DNA from: Amoeboaphelidium protococcarum X5
Taxonomy: Eukaryota; Fungi; Aphelidiomycota
Assembly (NCBI GenBank): GCA_023515725.1
Contig: JALDTO010000213.1
Coordinates: forward strand, 62,001-126,000
Reading direction: 5' to 3'
Length of the DNA stretch: 64,000 bases
Below are positions 13,247 through 30,012 of this stretch, piece by piece; positions within the stretch are counted from its first letter, which is position 1; every line of letters begins with the position of its first letter. Made by a program: the position numbers and the translations under genes. The notes beneath the pieces were generated by a model. That model was not told the origin of the DNA. It ran no database searches and saw only the letters and a list, made by a program, of their open reading frames with translations.

Positions 13247-13723
13247 ATGGAATCAAATAAGCGAAAATTCCAAGAGCTGGATGCTGATAATGAGGCTTCG
13301 GATGGAAAGGAATCTTGCAGTTAAACGGACGATGGGGAAGCTTAGCATGACAACTGCAAAGATCACGAATCCTCCATAGATAGAAAAGGAAAAGGCAAAG
13401 GTAGGATGATTGTAGTTCCAGAAGCATCACAAGTGGACGAGCTTCCCGGTGATCTTGATGATCCCGACTATGTTGAGTCGGAGGATGAGGATTTTGTTCC
13501 CAGTGACGATGACGCGGATGACTATTCAGATTCGGACTCTGAAGAAGAATATGACTATCATCCAGGATATTAGGATTAAGATGCTTCACAATAAGAAGAA
13601 CGCAGGGACGACGATGATGATTAACGAAAGTTATAATGCGATGCTGCTGAACGACAACAAAGTTAAACATAGCAAGGATCCTCAAGATCATCTTAATCCT
13701 CAAGCTCGCGTCAATCTCAGTGA
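13247..13723 (+). CDS. Small, highly acidic, probably disordered protein, 158 aa
   Basis: MESNKRKF...DDPDYVESEDEDFVPSDDDADDYSDSDSEEEYDY...; open from ATG 13247 to TGA 13721-13723; NLS-like KRK motif. Confidence 0.7.
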
Positions 13724-13939
13724 TTATATTTGCATTAAAGATTATTAGTACATATATTTACATCTTTTCTTTTTTTGGTCAAATGTGGATACGTCTAGTT
13801 TGTATGCTCAGCGTTAACGACGTGCAATGAGGAACCGAGCAGAGTTGCCCATTGTTTCTGTTTCCGTATAGGATCAAAACATCATATTGTTTGAAGTAAA
13901 ATTACTGCTGAGCTTACAGAAAAAGCCCATTCATTAAGC

Positions 13940-15557
13940 ATGAAATCTATTGCCAAGAATTTTGGAAAGTTGAATCAGGTAAGTTTTTCTATAAGTATCT
14001 AATTAATGTCTAATTGAAATGTTTGATATTGTAGTTAGTCGGAGAAAAGGTATCATATCACAAATCTCATTAGCCGTTATTACAACAAGACTTTTCGGGA
14101 TATAATCGTTGATATTGTAGTTTGCCGGTGCAAGTAAACATGAAACAAGTCAAGAGTTTAAAGAACTGGAGGCAAGGACCGAGGCTAGGAAGGATGCCAT
14201 TGAAGCTATTCTTGAAGCATCTAATGCTTATATGAAAACTCTGGAGAAGAAGAAGGAAACTGCACTGGAGAAGGGTGCCAAATAGTTGCCTGTGGAGAAC
14301 CTCGGTGGAGCGATGATCGATCATGGCTCAGATCTACCTGAAGAGTCAGAGTATGGTAAAGCTCTGCTCAAAGTGGGTGAAGCTGAGAATATGGTAGGGA
14401 AGATTCAGCAGGAGTTTGCAGCTACTGGGCGAGAATGTTTCGTTGCCAGATTGGAGGAGTACATGCAAGAGGTGAAGACGTACAAACATTTGAAGAGTAA
14501 GCTGGAGAATCGGAGATTAGATTACGATGCAAAGGTGAATCGCTTGCAGAAGAGCAAGAAGGAGAATCCCAACCTGGATGAGGATATGCGCGCCGCCTAG
14601 CTAAAGTATGAAGAGACTTTGTAGGAACTGGAGACGCTGATGATTTCGCTGAATGATAAAGAATAGAATCAGTTGGACGGATTGATTCAGTTTCTTGATG
14701 CTCAGTACGAGTATCATCAGAAAGCGGTCGATCTACTGGGCGAGTGTAAGCGCAAGTTGGCTAATAAGCAACTGGCAGGTAACAGACTGCATGGGCCAAA
14801 GAGTTTCTTCTCTGCTTCCTAATCCAGTTTGAACCAGAATATGGAAAGTGTGAAGGTTGGCGATCATCAGAGTGAGCAGTATGATTCTTTTAGCAATGAG
14901 ACACCGCGCAAGGTGCCCATAAATGGAGTTTAAATGCTGTAACCAGACGGCGGTGCTTTGTAGGTACCGCGTCAGAATAGACTTGGATCAGCCATGACTT
15001 ATAGCACTGCTAGTGGCGGTACAACTGCTATGCCCAGTCGTCAAGTGAGTGAGTATCAGCAAGGAGAGAACGTAAGTCAGCGCCCAGTTCCAACACTACC
15101 TGATACTAATGCTTTGAATCGTAAAATTGTCAGAGCTAATTACAGCTTTACTGCGGAGAACAAGAATGAGCTGTCTTTGAATAAAGGGGACGTGGTGACT
15201 GTCATCCAAGAGGTGGATGAAGGTTGGTGGATTGGCGATTTGAATGGTAAAAAGGGTCTATTTCCTGCTAATTATGTCGAGGTTATCCCCAAGTCTGTCA
15301 ACGGCAGTGGATCCAATCCTAGGCTGGCCTCCACCTCTACGGAGAATCTTCAATATTAAGCAAAACCTGCAGTAAATTTTGCTAATAAGCCTAGCTTTGG
15401 CTAATCAGGGATGGCGTAGTAACCTCAGATGCCACAAAGGGATACAGGTATGCCAAGTAGGACATCTGCGGCTGCTAGTAGTAATATGTCTAGATCTGGA
15501 TCATCTTTGAATCTACTGTCTTCTAATAATGCTAATGCTACCAACATTACTAATTGA
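13940..15557 (+). CDS. Endophilin-like BAR-SH3 protein; exons 13940-13978, 14035-14049 (15-nt micro-exon) and 14121-15557; possible extension to 15653
   Basis: Spliced N-terminus MKSIAKNFGKLNQ-LVGEK-FAGASKHET; BAR motifs ESEYGKALLKVGEA and KLENRRLDYDAK; SH3 ANYSFTAENKNELSLNKGD...EGWWIG...GLFPANYV; GT..AG introns at 13979-14034 and 14050-14120. Confidence 0.88.
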
Positions 15558-15746
15558 GGACATGCTGCATGATATGCTGATAATTTGTGTGATGAGATTG
15601 ATGAGTATGTATTTAAAACTGACCAATGCAACAACTGCTTACATTAACATTGACGTGTGACATGTAGTTCTACTATAAAAGGTAATGTATGATTAGAAAT
15701 GAGACGGGATGATAAAATTGATAAAATTGAATTTAATATTCATAAT

Positions 15747-17657
15747 TCAAGTAGATAACAATTTTCGAACAGATATAAATACAGGCACAAACACGGGAAA
15801 TAGCAGAGGAGCATACACAGCCAGTAGGTGTTCATTCGGAAAGTAGAGCAGAGACATCATTGTGGGGTCAAAAAAGACCTTCTCAGCCAATTCTAATGCA
15901 GCCTTACTACTTTAAAAACAATCCATCAACGTGATGATAGTTGATATTCTATCAGCGGGTGTGATCGTATCTACAGAATCTTTTACACCAGTACTAAAAC
16001 GTTGATCCTTCTGTACATACTTCATTGCCACATCCAAGTGATCGAAGACCTGGTCCAACTCTTATCTTATAGAGTCTGATACAGCCATGTTGGTCAATTT
16101 CTCCAGCATCTTTTGCAGTGCTTGAATAGACTTGAATGTATCAATGATGTTTTGTGCAATCTTCTTCCTGATAAGGATATCCATCTACCACACAGATATT
16201 CCAGATTTAGATTAATGCTCTTGTACCTTTAAATGATAACTGTTCTCAACGTGCCTACTAAGATCATTAGAAGGCCAGACGGGCTATACACCAAACAATG
16301 TTTATATTTGACTAATGAAGACCCCAAACGGAATACTCAGTTGATCATTGCTCAGCCTTTAAATGTTACCCCTTGCACTACTCTACTTACTATAGTTATT
16401 ATCATCATCATCATCGCCTGATTACTTACTGACTGGATTTATCACATGAATGCCACCCCAACGAGGAAGTAGAATAGAATTCGTAGATGACAGAGAGGGT
16501 GATGACACATTAGCTTAACCATGGCGACTTTCAACTTGCAGATACAAAGGACTGATCTATCTACTTGGAATGTACGTGATAAAGTTAAGTTCATGAACCG
16601 AAGCATTACTAGATGAATCCAACTTCCACTTACCAAAATTGATAAGATGACTTTACTGTTCCATAGAAAGACAAAACCGTTGTTGTTCATTAACAGATAC
16701 ACCGCCGCTATCATCATCTTTTAAAATATCTTTCAAGTCACGGCTGATACTCTAAACGCTATTCTTTTAATCCACACTTTAACATGAAGCAGGTTATACT
16801 GCAAGATCTGCATAATCTTACACTGAATACTCAAAGCTGACGTCAGATATGATCTAGAGTTGATGTAACAACTATTCCACAAACTTCTAATGAACAAAAG
16901 AACTATTCCAACCATAGAGTTATTAATCAGAATCCCCGTTAAGTAATCTAAATGATAGATGATAGGATGCAGCCTGTTGCACCACCTCATTACTGCTCTA
17001 TTATTTGGTATTACACTGATCATTGATTTGGAAACTCTCTTAAATCAAAATAGTCGCCAATACTTCACTTACCAGATGCTATAGATACCCACCATCTTGA
17101 CCTTTTGGATATTGCAGAATGAGGGATCTGGGTTAATCCTCTACAAGAATATGTATACTACCAGTATCCACAGCGACAAGCTGAATGTTGTACGCACTGG
17201 GAATAACATTAACAGAACTATTAATATCATCAAACACCGTCTAGTCAACTCTGAGGTCCCATTTAACACAGTTCAAAGTGTGACTGTGTGAAGCATGTTC
17301 TTACAACAACTATTCCACTGCAGACTATATATCAGATGCAGAAATAGAGAGCCTATCACTTTCTGACTGAGGAATATGAAGCATTACATTCAGCGGATAC
17401 TTGAACACTTAATTCCTAAGCCATGCATCATACTTACTCAGCCTATCGAATGGAAGCTGTGCGCGATACACCGCAGTTGTACCAAGCCATATCGGTACAA
17501 TCCAAAGGAAGCAGAATGCCACATAGACTACCGAGAAATTGTTATATTTAACTACATGCAACACTCAGTCAAAAATTATGAAAATAAGTTGATAATAAGA
17601 ATTAGAAAAACTGATTTTAATACCTAATACAGGGGGTTACAAAGGTGGTCGTACCAT
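15747..17657 (-). CDS. PIGS: GPI transamidase subunit PIG-S/Gpi17; one intron at 17552-17623
   Basis: N-terminal TM followed by PIWLGTTAVYRAQLPF; YHLSFRLLNGD; C-terminal AEKVFFDPTMMSLLYFPNEHLLAVYAPLLFP. The GTATTA..ATGTAG intron restores the frame to an upstream ATG. Confidence 0.88.
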
Positions 17658-18086
17658 AGTGTTATTATTGATATACTGTACAATGCAGAAAGAACTACTA
17701 CACTAAATGACTAACTGGATTTAGATGAATAGCGAAACACGGAAACACGCGAAAGAAACGAATTGAAACGGCGAGCTCTTATGTTGTACGATGAGATAAT
17801 TATCAGCAGTATTCGTATAGAAAAGAAATTATCACAATTCCTTCTACACACAGTCTTGTCCATATATGGTCGTGTTACCTGTTTGATGATCAGCATTTAT
17901 CAGATCTGCGGTACGACTCTTCAAGACAGTAATTACACTGATTTTAACGCGTGAATATAACTTCAACATTTGGTTCTATATATAAAAAGATTAATCAGCA
18001 TATAAAACGTGCTCGTGGTGTGACTTTAATCAATTTTAGCTTTGCAAAGGTCATATACGGGTGAATCAAGTGTAGGAGGTGCAAAG

Positions 18087-19298
18087 ATGCTACCTATAAT
18101 CGTCAGTAATGAAACGACAATGACCTAACAAACAATTCACAGCAAAGGAAATACGGAGTTTGTCTTTCAAAAGACAGAGGACTCACATCAGCAGATTGAT
18201 GAATCAAAGGCAGCAATTGCTGCTATTTAACAAGAAATCAATGTAGCAAAACAGAAGGTGGAAAAGCATAGCAGCGACTGCTGAATGTTATTGCGGAGGG
18301 ACGGCCCGCAGATATCGTGGCCGACCTCAGAAGTCTTTAAGCAGCGGCTAGTGCTGAGCTCGCCTGTCTGCGTAAGGTATAAGACAGGCTGATGGAAAAG
18401 AAGATACTATTTACTCGTCAGAGTGATCATCAAGAGGTCAATTACAGATTTCATAGTGATATTACCGAAACATTTGAGAAAACGGCTCGCATTGATTGAT
18501 ATACAAAGACATCTTCGTCGTCTGTTTGGTGTTGGATATCGCGAGGATATTGGTTTTATTACGAAAGGCGCGTCTTTATCAAATTCTGTAGCGTTAGGGC
18601 TATTGAAGCAATTGTATCCTGATTTTAAAAGGTAGAAGTCTGGACAAGCTGACATTCTTTTGTATTTGGACAAGCCTAACGGCTCATGGTCAATTGACGG
18701 AAATGAAGATGATCGGTTCGTATCAATTGGGAAGAATGATGATGTTGATTTTGCAGCTGCTTTGGAAAGCTTGAACTAGACAACTCCAGTCTGTCAGATC
18801 ACTCCTCCTCCTCCTTCTTAAGAGGATCTTGATTAGGATTCAACATTGGTTTACAAAAGCAACGCGTCATTCTAGGCCGTTTTTTAGGCTTCCACCAAGA
18901 GAAAATGGTATTTGGACAAGAGGGAACAGCTGGAACTTCAGCTCGCGTATCTGGGTTTGATATATCTCAAAGCCCAGGATGAGCTGTTTGTCAGTAAACC
19001 GTTGGATGCTAAGCGTGTCGAGTTGGCATAAATTGTGCCTCGGTTGGTTGCGTTCGCTGGATTTTCGTCATTCGATTCGTATGAAGACATCAAAGAAGAG
19101 TTGGTTAATTCCATTGTGGAAGCCAAGTTTCCTTTGCTTTGGATTTTCTTTCAGTCGGGAAGGTTGGTGTTCGTATACAGTAGGTCAGCCGGTGCTGAAA
19201 TTATGCAGCAAAAGATGGATATATCTGAGATTAAAGATATGATTAAGGATATGGTTAGGCAGATTAAGGATATAGCTGAAAGATCGTCTATTAACTGA
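18087..19298 (+). pseudogene. Frameshifted gene with a coiled-coil header and a putative PD-(D/E)xK-like nuclease domain (CR-effector-like)
   Basis: The protein-like reading needs two shifts: a 1-nt loss at about 18261-18267 (QKVEK/AQQRLL) and a 4-nt duplication ATTGATTG at 18491-18498 (TARID/IQRHL). Downstream QADILLY ... AVFQAST...DKREQLELQLAYL; ends at TGA 19296-19298. Confidence 0.6.
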
Positions 19299-19397
19299 AA
19301 ACTAAAATATAAAATGTTTCAAATTCAAATGTACAAGAACCAAAAAGGGAAAAGCAAAGATAAATTTATAATAAAGAGAGATGTAACTTAATAGTTT

Positions 19398-21047
19398 TCA
19401 TTCTTGGTCAACAGAGTCTGTGTTATCCTCTTCATCGTCTCCATTATCAGCAGCTGGTGCATTACCTTCATCTGCGGCAGAATCAGCTTTACCACTCTTT
19501 GCCTTCTCCTCCTACTCCTTCTAGTACTTCTCCTCCTCAGCTAGCAGCTTAGCCTCCAGCTCAGTTGCCTTTTGGATATTCTCCTTGGTGACGCGGTCCT
19601 AGTTCTCCAAAAAGTATACACGCTTCTACTTTAAGGCCTCAATCGTCTTTGGCACATCAGCACGTCCAGATGGAGCATCAATCTTCAAGTTCCAGAACTG
19701 GTCCAGGACACCCAGGTCCAAGCGGAGATCCTTCTCCTTCTCAGCCTTGTTCACCTTAGCAGCCTTGGCCTTCTTACCACCAATCTGCATGGTAACCTCA
19801 TCCAAGTCCTCCTTCTTCTTATACTCAACCGCAGCAGTGAATCCCTTTGGCAAAATTGCATCCTGAGTAACTTCACGAGGCGCTTTCACAGTCATCTTGC
19901 TATCCTGAGAAGCAGCAACAGATCCCAAAATTTCAGCATCCAGCAGATCGCTTCCACCGACAAGACCGCTCAGTAGAATCATCAGAGCATTGCAAGTCTT
20001 GATTTCATTGGAGAAGGCTGGAATCTCTGCATTCTCTCTCGCCTGCTTCACACGCTCCAATCTCTTCTTTCTCTCCATCTCCTATCTCTGCTTTCTCATC
20101 TCAATATCACGTCGCTTACGCTCTTCGTTCATGAAAGCATTGAACAGATCCTTCTTGGCGTAGTATTCACGAGCCAGCTATCTCTTCTAGTCGTTCAGAT
20201 CATTCTGCTTCTTCTACAGATCGTTGCGCTCATCGTAAATCTTCTTCAACTTGCCTCTGTTCTCTTTCTGCTCTTCCTCAACCACCTTCAGCTCCTTGTA
20301 AGTCTTTCCATGCAACTACTTCAGACGGCGAGACTCTGGATCAAATGAGGACAGAGTGTCACGCAGAGAATCAACACGGCGCTTCTGCTCCTCAATAGCA
20401 TCCTCCTTAGGATTGAAAACATCCAGCTGCTTCTTCTGACGCTTCAAGTTACTGATCTCTGACAAAACCTTCTTCTCTTCATTGACTGGCAATGAACCGC
20501 TGGACACCAACTTCTCCAGCTCATCACAGCGGCGATCAACTTCAGAGGCACTCTTGAACGGAAGCTTGTCACGAGCAGCCTTCAACTCATCCTACTTCTT
20601 TCTCAACAGTTCCTGGGCGGCCTTCAACTCATCACTGACGCGAGCTCTCTTTGCTTCGTGCTCAGCCTGCTCCAACTTCACAGCATCCAGCTAAGCCTTC
20701 AACTCGCTTCTAGCCTGACCAGCTGGACTTTCGTTGCTCTCAGCATCAATCTTGGCACGCACCTTGTCCAGCTAAACCTTCAACTTATCGATATCGTTCT
20801 GCAAGTCCTTCTGCTTGCGATCGAACAAGATTTAATCAGGCTTCTCCGGGCGCTTTCCACTCTACAGCAGAGCCTTAGCCTCAGCGACGATAGCCTAATC
20901 AATAGTACGCGTCTTACCACCGGCAGGGCGATCTCCACTAGGACGACGGTTGGCGCCATCCCTCTTATTTCTACCACCAGATTTGTGAGCAATCTTGGAT
21001 GATTTAGCTTGCTAATTATGAGATACAGCAGGTTCCACAGTCGTCAT
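19398..21047 (-). CDS. BFR1: Bfr1-like coiled-coil protein (nuclear segregation / mRNP-associated), 549 aa
   Basis: RPEKPD...; KLPFKSASEVDRRCDELEKLVSSGSLPVNEEKKVLSEISNLKRQKK; IPAFSNEIKTCNAL; LKIDAP...VPKTIEALK. Confidence 0.85.
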
Positions 21048-21363
21048 TTTACGATTTAAAGTATTATTAAGATTAAGATAAGTAAACTTCTATTTAAATA
21101 AATCGCGATTATGAACAAGCGACTGAAAATCTTTTTGAACTTTGATCGTTTTGGGTTGATCGCGCTCAGCTGGCGAAGGGAGTCGAAAGAATTGAACAGG
21201 CGAGCTTTGGACAGGCGCGATCGACAAGGCTCTATAAAGAAGAGCTCACAGTCAGCTATCTAGCTGTAGTTTATCCGCTAATGGTTATAAATATAAACAT
21301 ATGAAGTAATAAATTTTAAATCTAAAATACAATTCGTCTCACAATCCTTTACATTAAATTACA

Positions 21364-21984
21364 TCAAAATATCACTAGCATCACGAATATCGCCAGAAAG
21401 AGGAAATCCAAACTCCTTACTGCAGCAAAACTTGTCACAGGGGGTTAAAGGGTGAAGTCAATGCATTGATAATAATCTTTCGGTCCACTTGTGTACCGCA
21501 CCTGTATGGTGATGGGCACCGGTGTTTAGACATTCAGTAGGAGAAGCGGCTTAATCTGAGACAGAGTCCACTGGGTACCGTTAGGTGTAGTTAATGGGAA
21601 CGGGATGTTTGTGACGGCCGGCACCAGAAATCCTTGAGTACTCACCTGTCCACCGGTAAATTGAGGATTCCCGCCCATCATAAGAGACGCTGAGACATTA
21701 CCGCTACCATACCCCACGTAAATGAGCCCACTGATTGTCAAGTTTGACGTTGTATATAAAAACTATCTTTCACTGACAGCTGATGCCGATCCACTAGAGC
21801 CGCATGGTTTATCATTTCCACCAGGAGGAGTCGTTTCTCTGTCGCCTTGATCTCTAACAGTTCGCAGTACTACGCTCTGATTAAGCGGAACATTATCGAC
21901 ACTTATCGCTGTTATATTAAACTCAGCTTAGATATGGCTGATACCAACAATAATTAGTAAAAGTACCGATCGTAATAGTTTCAT
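21364..21984 (-). CDS. Secreted, probably GPI-anchored protein resembling the Bim1/X325 LPMO-like fold, 206 aa
   Basis: Signal peptide MKLLRSVLLLIIVGISHIQA; KPCG; TIQVRY...YYQCIDFTL; hydrophobic C-terminal GPI-type tail SFAAVRSLDFLFLAIFVMLVIF; TGA at 21364-21366. Confidence 0.65.
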
Positions 21985-22617
21985 TATTATCTCTTAAGTC
22001 TAACTAATTCTTAAGTCTTTTAATTCTAGTATTAAGTTCTGAAACAGAACCAAAATAGGCTGAAAAACTGATCACTTTACTTGTTTGTTTGTCGAATCAC
22101 CTCAGCTTTCACTACCGGTATTTGGGCTGGTAGAACCAGCAGTTGAGCTTTTGGAACATTCGTATTATTGCTCTCACAGAGAATGACATGACTAAATTTT
22201 TAATTCATATTGAAATTTAGTTAATGAGCTTTAGTCAAACTTTTAAGATTCTGTTACCAGCAATATGATATTCAGTCTTTACGCTATTCAGTGCGCGTCC
22301 CTGAGAGAGTTGAAAAGATTAGGAAGTCGGTATCTGCTAAATTAAATATCTTGCAACAATAGCTTTATGTAAATCCATACAAGTGAATTTTAATTGCCTT
22401 ATTCTAAATCGCGTTCAAGGATCACATCCCTTTTATGGACTGCAGTGGCTATCATAAATATTTCCATGTAAAACTGATTGAACAGGCCTCATTGAGAACG
22501 ATTAACGTTGTCAAGCAGTTGTGATCATCAACCGTCATTAGTGATGGTATCCATTGATGAAATTTAAACTTTTCTGCCACTTGATACGCACCAGTTTGCA
22601 AGTACCTATAATAATAA

Positions 22618-23541
22618 ATGTCCAATATAACTCAGAGGGATAATTTCAAAGTATTGATCATCGGAGCGTTTCTCCTCTCCTCTAATGCTGGATACATTGG
22701 TGCTTTGTCGATCGCTGGTCTGCACAATTGCACCGTGGCCCACATCTCTGGAGATATGATAAAGTCTGCCATTTATGTTGCATTAGAAGATTGGTTCTAT
22801 GCTGCGCGGATATCGATGGTATGGCTTAGCTTTATGGCCGGCTCAGCTGTGAGTGCAATGATTGTCAGTGGAACCAAGACGTTTGATCTTCGGCGGACGT
22901 ATGGTTGGGCTCTGTTGATTGAAAGTGGATTGCTGTTCATCTCGTACTTGGTTGCTGATAATCAGGTCAAGTTGAATAACTGGTGGTGGTCGGAGTATTT
23001 TGCTGCAATGGCATGTGGTTTATAGAATGCGTTGTGCACGACTTACAGCGGTGCTGTTTTAAGAACCACCCATATGACTGGATGTGCCACAGATTTTGGT
23101 ATTGTGTTGGGATAAGAGGTGAGGATGCGTGTGATCATTCCTCTGCGACAGCGACTGAATGCTATTGGGTACAGAAGAATATAAGCGGTATCATAGCCAG
23201 ACGCAGAGACATCAATTTTGTGGAAATTAAAGTTCTTGGTGCCTTTGATGGCGGGATATCTGTTTGGTGCATTGGTGGGCACTCTTTGCTACGTTCACTT
23301 TAAATAACACGCTTTAGTCGGTCCATTCGTATTTACTGGCTGCATTGGATTATTTTTTGCAGTTTGGACCACATTGCGCAAGGTTGGACTCCAGGTTTAA
23401 GCTCTAGGATCGGATATTGGACACAAAGTCACGCTCCTGCTTCATTCACATGACCATGATGCTGCTCATCAGCCTTCAGATTCGGTCAGTGATAACGTAT
23501 AGCTAAATGATGTATCTAGAACATCTCAAATACAAAATTGA
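22618..23541 (+). CDS. DUF1275/YoaK-family multi-pass membrane protein, 307 aa
   Basis: LSSNAGYI...VAHISG; AMACGLQNALCTTYSGAVLRTTHMTGCATDFG (Q=TAG); TGA at 23539-23541. Confidence 0.88.
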
Positions 23542-23740
23542 TTTCATAACTTGTTTTATCGGTTGTATTACTGTTATCCATCCTTTAGAAATACTTTAAA
23601 AAAATCGTTAACAGTGTACTATAGCGAATAGCAAGATAAAAGGCAGGTTGGACCGCGTTGGTATAAACTCGGACAGATTCATGGAATTGAGATAAAATAA
23701 AAGCGTACTTGAAATATAGCTAATGTCATCTAGTATTCAC

Positions 23741-28219
<4,479 letters not shown>

Positions 28220-28558
28220 AAATATGTTGTTTTAATAGTTAACCGATCCACCAAATAATTTGTAGAACAGAATGTTGATAAGATTAGCAAAAAGAGAGAG
28301 ATGCGCGTCACAGATCATCGTGGAATAAAAGCAAAAAGAAGTTGTCGCTCGCTATTTCAACTGCGTGTTAGATCAGTCATTTAGTTTTAAGATTGATAGA
28401 CTTTGTAAACCATTGTCCTATCAAATTTTACTAAAAATACGAGATAGTCTTAAAGTAACGCCTATAAGTGAATTAAACTGTATTGTCTTAGAATCTCAAA
28501 AAAATCCGAAGTGATAATCCATAAAGGAGTAATCGCATGACACCAGCCGCCGACTGAT

Positions 28559-29359
28559 TCAGAGAAGATTCGTCTATTAGATCTCTTCCTGTTCGAAAAT
28601 AACGCCGTCGTACAACATCTCGTCACTCCTCGTCTTCTCACCGCCATTCAGGAGCACTTTCTACTGCCCGCATGAAATCTGTTTCTATTCGGAAGTTTCG
28701 TCACTTTGTTGTTTCACTTTGGTCACGAGACGCGTCTGCTGCCTCACCCAACCATTGAACCAGTATAGATGCAATGGATAGATGCCGGCTACAATGAGCC
28801 ACCACGGTCCATCAATAGGCAGTTTGAGGTAGTAGAATTTGTAAATCATGCATCCATGGAATAGAATACGCGTAGAGAAGAAGGTGAATCCAAAAATCTT
28901 GTCATTTCTCAACGACTTCCAGACATGACCGAGAGAGAGTACAAGTGTGGGTAGTTCCATGACTGCCATCACTATGAATGGCCCAGTTAGTTGTATCTTT
29001 ATCAGATGAGTGACCAGCCAAAAATAACAGAGATGATGCACGTATCCACTGAGTATATCTATATTCTACCGATATTCGACCAGTCCGATAAGGATGTCAA
29101 GCACGAGATAACAGACGAAAAAACAGCTTAATTGCATGTCAAGCTCTGTATGTGCAGGATGTATACTCATATTGAATCCACTATCAGAGATGAGTTTTAT
29201 CACGCTATAAAAGCTACCAATTGTCATTACGAAGGATGCTATTAGTGTCATGATCCAGGCTTTTTATCGCGGTCCAGCCTATGGTATTTGCTATTTGATA
29301 ACATAGTATCCGCCTAAAAGTATTGCAAAAGATACAGCAGATGCTTATATCACTGACAT
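28559..29359 (-). CDS. TLC-domain membrane protein, 266 aa
   Basis: KAWIMTLIASFVMT; FFVCYLVLDILIG; GYVHH; MELPTLVLSLG; FGFTFFSTRILFH; PLHLYWF. Confidence 0.85.
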
Positions 29360-30012
29360 TATATAGTATTAATTGCTTTTAATTGAGTAAACTTCAAAAA
29401 AGAGGAGTAGACAGTAAGTGCTAGAGTGTTATTTTTAAACAAACAAGCCAATGATCGGCACGACGTTGCCGCAGTTTGAATCGCCGCTGCCGACCTGTCG
29501 AATAGTAAAAGAGATCGATCACGCCCGATGTAACAGTGTAACGCTGCATGGTTGAGTAATCTACTGTAGTCTATTTCTGTTCATTGATTTAATTCCAAGT
29601 AGTGCTCTTATGTGATGGAGTATTATTAAAGAGTCTATGAGAAATGCTATTCGAGACATCTTCGTTCCTATAAAATTAATTAATCAACGCACTAAAAATT
29701 AGTGGCCTCATATGACCGCTGGTGGCTTTAACATGCAGATGCCATAAAACTACACAATTTGAGATCATATTAAAGATAATAATAAATCAAACAATGGTGG
29801 GAGGTGTTAGTGTGTTGAATCAGCGCGCGAATAACAGTGATGTAACAATTTAACGCTTACCGCATGGCCCTTTTGTGGGGGCAACTTTTCGCTTACCGTA
29901 TCAAACTATTTGAAGAGCGACGCGTTTTGATGTGATTTTGACGTTCTCATGGTCTTATAGTCTTGTTGTTTATTATTTTTTGGTCGCTACTGGAAAAATT
30001 AAAGGAATATAC

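Noticed and set aside
15654-15746. SECIS element that would make the BAR-SH3 TGA codons selenocysteine
   Set aside because: I cannot fold a convincing SECIS stem with the non-Watson-Crick quartet in this short AT-rich UTR. A SECISearch run would be needed.
21991-22040. Repeated TCTTAAGTCT words upstream of the GPI-protein gene
   Set aside because: Short AT-rich imperfect repeats with no spacer structure; not CRISPR-like or otherwise interpretable.
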